From positions 1 to 47,623 of the forward strand of contig NOWV01000326.1 of NCBI GenBank assembly GCA_003344405.1: a stretch of 47,623 nucleotides of DNA, given 5' to 3'. A model generated the notes under the pieces. That model did no database searches, was not told the DNA's origin, and saw only the letters and a list, made by a program, of their open reading frames with translations. Each line of letters begins with the position of its first letter. Within the stretch, counting starts at the first letter, position 1. Source of the DNA: Trichoplax sp. H2 (Eukaryota). The translations under genes were made by a program, and so were the position numbers. Below are positions 12,835-23,646 of the stretch, in pieces.

Positions 12835-14647
12835 GCTAGTAACTAGACTGGTAGGATACTGGTATAGAACCTAATGGCTATCATAATCAGAGATTTTACG
12901 TTTATTTATGTTGTAAAACGTGATCACATAAGATTATAATAATTTGGTTTTTAATAGCATGTGTTGTAATTAGTTCCCGTTTATGTCTTGTTATACGATT
13001 ATTTGACAAATTATTTTAAGTTAGTCTGTTTTATACATCGATGGTTACTGTATAATTAATGAATTGATGTACAGTATATTGTAATGTCTAAACTATAATA
13101 CTCTTGTGATGAAATCTGGGCACTGCTGGTACTGTAAGTGCTATAAGCTATAACTGTGAATTGTAATATACATGAAATCTAATGTAAGCCCTTGTGGTGA
13201 AAACTTAAGAGATTAAATTAATTAATTATTGATTAACTGTTGCAGTCTAATTCCAAGTTCACAATCTACAAATAGTAGAGCAAGGTATTTGATGAAATTC
13301 AGGATTTCTTAGCATTTACGTATTGTTGCCTGACTCTAAGTAGAACTTGGGCTACCTTGTAATTATTTAAACCATGTATTGGATTACATGATTTTACGCT
13401 CCATACCGCTTTTCTCGTACGTTGCAGTAGGATATTGGCCTACCAATACCATGAGGTGAAAATATGCACCTCGTTGATCAATCGAATCGTGTGATCTTGT
13501 ATAGAGTATAGCAATTTTTTGTCTAAATGCTTTGCTAATGTGGTACTGTACAGTTAAAGTGTAAATGTATTGTATGGGTGCGCAGACATTATTTGCAATG
13601 GTACAGCCTTGGAAAACGTATCTATCGACGAAACTAATTACCTAGCGAATTTGAAAGTAATGTCGACTTTACAATTACGCGTATAGAAAAATCAATCAAG
13701 TAGGTGCTATGAGATGCTCTGACTTTCATGTTAAATATAATTAGAGATGTAGGCAAAAAAGGTAGAGTTGCTAAGCTAACAATGTGAATAGACATGAACG
13801 ATGTAATGATCGATTTGGTAATCATCTTATCTTAGTCAACTCGTTCCGCAAAAGTATTTATTTAAAACATTTTCTGCAGGTGCACTATACAGTATAACAA
13901 AGGCCAAATGATGTACCGTACTCTAGAGTAGAGTATCGAGAGCAATACATTTAGGCGAAGTATTATCAGCGGGACATTCCACTAGTAACAATTATTTCAA
14001 AGCGTACTTGCTGTAACTTGCAATCTTTTAGCCTAATTTACGGTTACAGCCTGCAGCGCAGTAAAGCTAGGACTGCATACCTCGTTGTAAGCACAATAGT
14101 TCAAGTTCCAAAGTCCTGTCTGTCTCTCAGCCTGTGGTAGCACCCAGCACTTTTTAATGCGCACGCAACACCCGTACACTATTATCTTAATCTTTTACAT
14201 ACTGTACAGTGTACAATTTATAGGGTAGCTGGTAGCATGAACATCCAGAGTACTGTACAGTACAGAATTGGATACTGTATTCTATCAGGGACTATTTTAA
14301 AGTCTCATCCTCTTCCAGTATTTTGATAGAAACTCATCCTCTCCTCGTATTTTAGATTTGGATGGAGCGGGTGTGTTTAGTTTAAACTAGAACAACATGA
14401 GTGATAAGTGCATTTAGCTCTACAGTCATAAAATGATATGTGATATCCAGTGTGGTGTAAAGTAGTGTGCATATTAGGTGTCATGTCACGACTGGGATCC
14501 GTGGTTCAAGACGAGCAATTGATAAGTGATATTATAATGACAGTGTTACGGGAACGAGATAAAGGGGTGACAATCGATTTTGCGTATTTAAGCCAATAGT
14601 ACAGCGTATACTGTACTCTCATGGACTACAGTACTGTACATTGTACA

Positions 14648-14850
14648 AGTGTGAGCCAGTTCTCTTTAATGTGCGATTAGGCAAAATAAATTGTAGTAAA
14701 GCTGCAAAATTTGCCTCAAATTTTATATTAGCTTACAGCACTCTTACTCTAATTCCAACTGGTTCACACTGATGTGAGCCAGTTGTATTTAGAGCGCTAT
14801 TAGGCAAAATTAATTGTAGTAAAGCTGCAAAATTTGCCTAAAATTCTATA
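14648..14850. repeat. MITE-like 123-bp element with 14-bp terminal inverted repeats plus an adjacent partial copy
   Basis: agtgtgagccagtt (14648-14661) and aactggttcacact (14757-14770), 1 mismatch. Second partial copy at 14773-14850. Internal stem-loop taggcaaa...tttgcct. Confidence 0.5.
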
Positions 14851-16044
14851 CATACAGATAGATGAAGGAACGATCTATCCGCTCTGTAGATGCTCCTGTC
14901 CTGCCAAGATACTGTACTGTACGTACAGTGCACAGTACTGTACCGTACTGTACAATACACTATTAATAACTATTGACCATTGCATTAATTGGTTATTGCT
15001 TGTTAAGTTGTTAGTTAGTTTTAACTACGTAATACAGTACACTGACGATATTATATCTAGGGCGTTGAAGACATTTAGCAGTTATAAGGATCCATCGAAA
15101 AGTAAAAATTACTCAGTATTGTCAACAGCGGTTTTATTGCTGTACAGTGTTATTAGCGGTGATTGCAAAATACTGGAGGGGCGCGCAATGAGTCGTAAGT
15201 TTCTAACAAATTAGTATTAATATTTTCATCGATGTACTCATTACAGTACTTGGCCATTTCACTCCTAGTTAAGGCGTTACACTAAATTAATTGGCATCCG
15301 TGTTAAAAAAAATTTGAACTGTGATCCAATCTAGTGATTCTTCCGTGTGGATAGATAGCAATACGCCGTCATGGTGGACTGGCCTACGGCAACTGTTGTA
15401 ACTTGTTAATGCACTTTTTTCTTAATTTTTGACACTCACGGATTTTGGAAAGAAACATGTAAATGATTATAATTATTGTTGCTGGTCTCAGGCTTGAGCT
15501 TTCACTAATTAATTATCGAAGTGATATTTTGCTACAGAAACGTCAATTATGATACACTATTTTTTACTCGATTGTGATGCGTACACATGGACAGAAACAT
15601 GCTCATGGGTCGTTTCCCTATATAATAGCTTGTAATAACTGGAATAGCCGTAATAATATAATGAACATGCAACATCTTAGAAGAGACCAAATAAACCGTG
15701 TTCCCCCATGTCTATGCACAAATTGGATACAACTGTAAAACAGTGGAAAGAAAGTCATCCTTTCTTGTTTTATGATACTGTTCCAGTCAATGAGATCGCA
15801 TTGCACTAAGCAAAGTAGCACATTCAAGAATTCGAACTTTTATCAATACTGTACAGTACTGTACTGTAAAGGAGAATTAGTACGTATATTGATGGGGCAG
15901 TAAATTGATACACTGTAAATCACTTAGTTGGCAGAATTTGTCGTTATGGATAAATTGTCTTACACTTTTTTTCCTTTCGTACTATACTACAGTATACTGT
16001 GTAACATCACGATTGATACAGAATTTGCCTAAATAAGTGTACTT

Positions 16045-16171
16045 ATGCCAAAGCTATGTTTGTCCGACATGAATTATATGTCGTGGCGTATCTCAGCCCA
16101 TACGTTGTTGAGAGTGGCTCCTTTTTATCATGTTTACAGTCCAGTATTAAACAACGGCGTCGGACAATACG
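16045..16171 (+). CDS. HNF4: Candidate first coding exon of HNF4 (MPKLCLSDMNY...GVGQY)
   Basis: Open frame from ATG 16045 to a phase-1 G|GTACAT donor, compatible with the phase-1 acceptor at 16645. No homology support. Confidence 0.3.
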
Positions 16172-16644
16172 GTACATGATCTTGTGACCTGTCTTACAAG
16201 TTAAAAGTAATTACTGATATGAATCCAAACTGGACAAACGCTATCGTCCCGTTTTTAAAACTTTTTTTCAGTAACTCTTGTCAATTTTCGATTATAATTG
16301 TTTATAAATATTAAATTATGTTACTTGATTGGGTTGGGAGCTTTAACTTTTGTCAGACTGTACTGTACGTAGGATATGATATACAGTAGTACTGTCCATA
16401 TACAATACTGTACAGTATGTGCACTGTAGAGTACTAGATAGAAAAGAAGAATTCTGGAGATACTTCTAGACAGTAGTGCTGATGTAATGTAATTCAGTGT
16501 CGAAAAGAAGTACATTAGTAGTAAATTGGACTCGCGATGAAGAAGTAAAATGTGGGAGGGACAAAAAGTTACGAATTACTGCAAATCGATATGGCGATTA
16601 AATGTTCATCTTGACTTATTCCCCTTGATTACTTAATTATTTAG

Positions 16645-19600
16645 GAGGCGGTGATAGGCATCGCGACACAGAAATGGTGACAACCTGTGCCATTTGCGGC
16701 GATCGAGCAACCGGTAAACACTATGGCGCGCCAAGTTGTGATGGTTGTAAGGGATTTTTTAGACGTAGTGTACGTCAAAACCATGTTTATACTTGCCGTT
16801 TTGGTCGAAGTTGTGTCATCGATAAAGACAAGCGCAATCAATGTCGCTATTGTCGTTTAAAAAAGTGCTTTCGAGCCGGGATGAAGAAAGAAGGTAGGTA
16901 CTTCATATATTTATACAGTATATATACGCTGTACCCACGCATGTCAAACCAAAGAAATACGATTACTCTACATAATGTATTAACATGGAGTCAGCTTATT
17001 TTTCTTCCCCATGAATTATGGTTGATAGTAAAATAATATCTAGCCTTGAGCTAATGTATGTAAGCCATCGTTGTGAAACAGCATCCAACTAATAATTATA
17101 ATTAAGGAATGAAGTGTTGGGAAGTTTTAAATGTAGACAAATACATACTCTATCCTGGATTCGAATTACAGTAATGAATCGACTTCTGACAGTATGATAT
17201 TGACGATAATGGCATTATAAAAAATCATTTCGCTTTTGTGTACTGTAGTTGTAGTTCAATATAGTATCCACCGTATTTGCTATTAAAATTGACTGTTTTT
17301 ATGTACGAATTGTTGTCACCATCTCCTGCAATAGTGTGTACTGTAATGCGGTGTGCAACACATAAAGTTTACACCTATGAAATTATTATCCATTCCATTC
17401 TCAGCAACTAGAATACAGTACAAATACTTTTTTTACACCACTGTTGTTGGCATGTTGTATATATCTATAATTATTACGATATTTACATTTTGAGAATCAG
17501 CAAACTTTTAGATACTATTAACAAAATTTGTGAAGCTATTAAAATTAAACTAATGCTAATTATCGATATATTTTAATTTACATACAAACTTTTTATTACC
17601 GTGTTATTTTTGTTTATTCTAGTCCAGTACAATCGTTCGCAATCGTCATTTTGTAGCATATTACTATACAACTTTTACAATACTGGTTACCGCATTAAAA
17701 CACATTAATAATAACAACTATTAAAATGGCATTGTGCTTCACTCTGAGAAAGAAATGAAAATTTTTATTGGAGTTGATAGTACCGTGGTGGACAGTATAA
17801 CACAAAGAAGTATGTATAATATATAAAACCTATACTGTATACTACAGATTACTGAGCGCACGAAAGTGGGAGACACGGCTAGCTTAGATGAAATAATTTT
17901 ATCCCTGAAGAACGCAATCTATGTAGTACGGTAATTTACTCGTATTTTGGAGGTAGTTCATTATAGTACGTCTAGGTAATGTACAAATAGATAATTAATA
18001 CACACGAATATGCTTAACAAAAATCTTTCGGAGATTTGTTGCTAAGTTCCTTTTTTTGTCATAGAAAGTTTAAAATACGATTGCTTTGACAATCCAATAT
18101 CTTTTGTTTAAATGACTAATTCAAAACTCAATACTCAATGGTTTAAAGTAATACAATATTGTAACTATTTCGGCCTGGTTGTCAAGTTGAATCTTTGCTT
18201 GCAAATGTAGCTTTTTATTGGTAGATAAATATTAAACTTTAAATGAATCCTTTTTTACGGTATGCGGATTCATCTTTGACCTTTGGATTTAATGTCAGTT
18301 TGAAGTTCATCGCGGTATTTCTGCTACATTAAATAAGAAAATATTAGCAAAAATAGTCGAAAGTCCAAATTTAAAAATTATACTCTAGTGACTTAATGAT
18401 TGGTAATCAGTTCAAAATCTTCGGATAACATAAATATATTCTTGTTATTGTTTCTTTTAGCGACAGTAATGCTGTCTTTATATTCATAATTTCGTTTCTC
18501 AGCAACAAAATAAATGACGTGAAGTATTATACAGTAGTTACACAGTTATAGCTATGACAACGATTCAGTCATTTCAGGGTTGTTCAGATTCAAAACATCG
18601 GTTCTGTACTGATTTATTATAGACGACTATTGTGATCGATAATATACCTTTTATTATTATTATTATTCGTAGAATATACGTAATATTAATGATTTGTCGA
18701 CTGATGATCGATTTTGTACGTCAAGAATGCGCGCATCTTTATGTTACAATTTAATGAAACATTTTCTTATGCGCTTTTGCGGTTGTCAAATTCTTAATGT
18801 AACAACATTCTAATATTACTTTCATACAAGTACAATGGATAATACAGCACAGTGTTACCATGATTGATCTAATTTAATTTCATTATGCTCTCTATAGCGA
18901 TTATTATAACTATCTTTTTTTCATTTTTATGTAATCTCTTTTCATTAGTTAAGGCAGACTTATTACAGAGTGAGTTAATAGCTAAAGCTGGATGATAGCA
19001 TTAGTTTTCTTGAAGTGGAAAAGATATAGTTTAGTATAGTAATATAGTTGCATTACGTTGTGTAGGATTGTTAGTGCACAATATTGATTCGATTCTGTAA
19101 TCAGGATAAGAAAAGAGATGCTAACTTTATTTCAATAAGAATTCAGCTACTTTTTCACATAGCTCTCTTTATCGTATCCACTGATCGTAGCCTATTTATT
19201 TATCAATGATTTGTGATTGGAATTTTAAAGGGCTTTGANNNNNNNNNNNNNNNNNNNNTTCTGCTACATTAAATAAGAAAATATTAGCAAAATAGTCGAA
19301 AGTCCAAATTTAAAAATTATACTCTAGTGACTTAATGATTGGTAATCAGTTCAAAATCTTCGGATAACATAAATATATTCTTGTTATTGTTTCTTTTAGC
19401 GACAGAAATGCTGTGTTTATATTCATAATTTCGTTTCTCAGCAACAAAATAAATGACGTGAAGTATTATACAGTAGTTACACAGTTATAGCTATGACAAC
19501 GATTCAGTCATTTCAGGGTTGTTCAGATTCAAAACATCGGTTCTGTACTGATTTATTATAGACGACTATTGTGATCGATAATATACCTTTTATTATTATT

Positions 19601-21677
19601 ATTATTCGTAGAATATACGTAATATTAATGATTTGTCGACTGATGATCGATTTTGTACTTCAAGAATGCGTGCATTTTTATGTTTATTATAACTATCTTT
19701 TTTTCATTTTTATATAATCTCTTTTCATTAGTTAAGGCAGACTTATTACAGAGTGAGTTAATAGCTAAAGCTGGATGATAGCATTAGTTTTCTTGAAGTG
19801 GAAAAGATATAGTTTAGTATAGTAATATAGTTGCATTACGTTGTGTAGGATTGTTGGTGCACAATATTGATTCGATTCTGTAATCAGGATAAGAAAAGAG
19901 ATGCTAACTTTATTTCAATAAGAATTCAGCTACTTTTTCACATAGCTCTCTTTATCGTATCCACTGATCGTAGCCTATTTATTTATCAATGATTTGTGAT
20001 TGGAATTTTAAAGGGCTTTGANNNNNNNNNNNNNNNNNNNNTAATCTCTTTTCATTAGTTAAGGCAGACTTATTACAGAGTGAGTTAATAGCTAAAGCTG
20101 GATGATAGCATTAGTTTTCTTGAAGTGGAAAAGATATAGTTTAGTATAGTAATATAGTTGCATTACGTTGTGTAGGATTGTTAGTGCACAATATTGATTC
20201 GATTCTGTAATCAGGATAAGAAAAGAGATGCTAACTTTATTTCAATAAGAATTCAGCTACTTTTTCACATAGCTCTCTTTATCGTATCCACTGATCGTAG
20301 CCTATTTATTTATCAATGATTTGTGATTGGAATTTTAAAGGGCTTTGACAGATACACCCTTACGGAAAATTTCAAATCCGCCATGAACTAGAATTGACTT
20401 ATACGCTTACAATATGTAACATACTTACTTTTATACAGTGTAATACTTTGCATTTCCGTCATCAACTAAGTCTGCATATCCCCGTATCATATTGCAAATA
20501 GTAAAATTCGTCTACTTCCTACTTTCAAGCAATATTTTATTATCTATTACTACCTTTTGCCCACACTGACTGTAATATAGTAATATGCGAGTGTTTGCTA
20601 TATAACGATGTACTGTATAATATGAATATATCAATTTTAGATCTCATGTATCTTCTTACATAATACAGTAAATCTTTAACATGACGTACTGCAGTATGTT
20701 AGATACTATCTGCGATGTCTATAGACATTACAATTATTTATAATGATTTATTCTCCTGAAACTATTTAGCCGTTCAGAGCGAAAGAGATCGGATATCGAG
20801 AAGACCGTCAGAAGATCAATCCGGTGGTAGTGAGCTTACGTGCAGCACGTTATTAGCAGCCGAATTATTGTCACAACCTCAATCGTCTCCGCCACGTGAA
20901 TGCTCACTGGATGTAATACGTATGGCCTCAGTTAATGATATTTGCGAATCGATGAGGCAACAGTTACTGCTTCTGGTCGAATGGGCCAAATATATTCCGA
21001 GTTTTTGTGAATTACTACTAGATGATCAGGTCACTTTATTACGAGCACATGCATGCGAGCATTTAATGTTGGGTGTTGCTAGACGATCAATGAGATTAAA
21101 AAATATTCTCTTACTTGGGAATGATTTGATTTTACCTCGACATCTTCCGGAGGAGCCAGAAATTGCTCGTATCGCTTGTCGTATAATGGACGAATTGTGT
21201 TTGCCCATGTTAACGCATAATATTGATGATACTGAGTACGCATGTCTGAAAGCTATTGTATTTTTTAATCCTGATGCCAAAGGATTGAATGAGCCTATGA
21301 AGATAAAGCGATTGCGCTTTCAAATTCAATTAGCACTAGAAGATTACATCAATGATCGCCAATATGATTCTCGTGGACGATTTGGTGAGATGCTTTTACT
21401 CCTACCAAATTTACATTCAATTGCAATGCAGTCTGTCGAACATCTACAATTTGCGCGCTTATTTGGTACTGCTAAAGTTGATAGTCTACTGCAAGAAATG
21501 TTGCTTGGAGGTGCAGATAATTCGTCAGCAAGTGGTATGATACAGGAAGATCCACTACGAAATTCTGCTAGCTCAACGGTATTGCCTATTCTTAAATCGG
21601 AATCTGTCAATGTCAGTAATGGTCACGGGCATGTATGTTCGACGGTTCCACTATCTACAGGTGTAGATCATAGATAA
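16645..21677 (+). CDS. HNF4: Hepatocyte nuclear factor 4 (NR2A): DBD exon 16645-16893, hinge+LBD exon 20770-21677
   Basis: C4 zinc fingers [39 protein letters not shown]...[37 protein letters not shown] with [44 protein letters not shown] and AF-2 LLQEMLL. Confidence 0.97.
18277..18367. promoter_or_regulatory. Cluster of three DR1-like nuclear receptor elements in the HNF4 intron
   Basis: TGACCT-T-TGGATT (18277-18289), AGTTTG-A-AGTTCA (18297-18309), AGTCGA-A-AGTCCA (18355-18367). Confidence 0.45.
18319..20348. repeat. Three overlapping near-identical copies separated by 20-N gaps (probably uncollapsed haplotypes or an assembly artefact)
   Basis: A is 18319-19238. B is 19259-20021 and lacks ~157 bp. 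C is 20042-20348 and matches 18932-19238. N runs at 19239-19258 and 20022-20041. Confidence 0.85.
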
Positions 21678-23646
21678 TGTTACTGTAGTACAGGAATAAC
21701 AAGCCCCATAATGTAACCATTCTGTCTCGTATTTACAATTCTTGGCTCCTAGATCGTACAGATGTCGTACAAGTAGGCACAAAATGAAATATTAAATCAA
21801 TTTTGACTAGATACTGGATTGAAATAATTGATAATTGCGATATCCATTTTATTTATAATATTGTCATTAATCTTGCTTACTGGTATTTTTAAGACTACAA
21901 ACAGATCTAAATCCCGCAATTGTATCCCTTTATTGTAGCCCAGTACATTGTTAAGATAGCCAAATATTGTACTTTGCAGATAGATTTTGTTTTAATTTTC
22001 TTTATTACTTAAAAGATTATAAATCCATAGATAAATGCATCGATATTAATACCTTCATTCGCAAGCACATAAATTTCATTTATTATAAAATCATTATAGC
22101 TACTTCACAATTTTACTCCTCCAAATGTTACGGCCGAGTATATTAATATTGATTATGCACTATGCTGCAACTATATCGAAGAAAACCTTTCAGCTCTGCA
22201 ACAGTCTATATCAGCATATATGCTGCAGGTTTCTATTTTAAAGCAAAGTATATTTTTTTCCTTAATTTTCTGTTAAAGATAATTCAAATTAACTTCGGGG
22301 TTGCATCTCTTGTAGCCTTTTTAATAAGGTTCTGCTCTTACAGCTGGATGGCTTATATGTTCTAAATATATGATTACTGTAATAATAATCTGTTTTAACT
22401 ACCAATATCTTAGATTGTTACAGCTTCGAAAGCATTGTAAAATGTTATTTTGAAGTTCGTATTCACCTAGGAATTATGTATCATAATTACTTGATGAACA
22501 GGCATGGAAAATGAATTTCATCGGGATGAGACATTGTATTTATTTTGTTCATGATGGCCTCTTAATCTAAATCTCTTTCCCTTTGTTTTACATGAATTGC
22601 TTTGTATTTGATGCCATTCTAAAATTCGGAATCGTTGGGCTTTTAAGATCAATTCTTTCTTTTTAATCGTTGTAAATCTGAACTAGCTCTCTAATTGAAT
22701 CCACACTTGTAATATAATATCCTATAGTAATTAATTATATAATTCTACGCATATGATCCTTGGTTACTATCGCACATCCCTAATGTACTACAGTTAATTC
22801 AAAAAGAAAATTCCTAAATTGGCGGTAATTACTACAGTATTATTAAATTGTTTCTCAGTAATTGCGGCATTATGTTACGTTGCTAATCTGCTTTATAATA
22901 CCTCCACGTTATAATGTAGTCGTGCCATGAATAAAACTGATACGAGTAACTTCACCTGAGACATAGAGCACTCGTATATGTAACATGGCAACCCGTATTA
23001 GTATCAGTAATTTTCATAATAAAGATTATAAGAAAATTATTATTATAACCTATTTATTGACTCCGCATCTATCTCTTATGCATGTGATTATATGTTAGGA
23101 TATAAAAATAATCTGACCCATCGGACTTTCGTAAGCTTCGCATCATATATCGTGGTTAGTGGTCAGCTAACGTGTTGCTACTTGGGAATGATGTGCACGT
23201 TTGCCTATCACACGCGTATATAGCAAGTAGAGTATATTAAATTGTTTTGCATGAGCCACCGTACGTGTCTCGTTTAAGGCGGTAATACTATTGTTTCGCC
23301 TTTTGCTTTAGCTTATGTTAGTATGGACCGATGGATTATCACTCTTGAAATAAGTACCATAAGAAGTCATTTTGGGATATTTATGGTCTAATTTGTTAAG
23401 AGAAGTCCGTCTGTCTGATGCGGCGACCAAGCCTTCTTCATGTCGTCCATCCACATTAGGCCCTCCGTAAAAATGGACCACTACTTCATGGGCGTACAGT
23501 ACAGTACTACATACTGGTTGAAAACTGTTCAGCCATAGTGTAGTCTTTAAACTTTTAAGGTATTTACTTTGAATTTGGCTAAAGTTTCACAAATACAGAT
23601 CAGTACAACCTTGAGCAAGTGGCACTTGATGTTTTTTTAATTTTTT

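Noticed and set aside
14648..14850. CRISPR-like repeat-spacer pattern
   Set aside because: Only two long imperfect units, a eukaryotic context, and no cas genes.
21026..21610. Antisense and alternative-frame ORFs over the HNF4 LBD exon
   Set aside because: Shadow ORFs of a real coding exon, with no recognisable homology.
22430..23500. Possible hidden minus-strand gene between HNF4 and DCAF11 (splice-like signals, X-box-like GTAACATGGCAAC at 22980-22992)
   Set aside because: I could not assemble a stop-free spliced ORF. A lncRNA cannot be excluded without RNA data.
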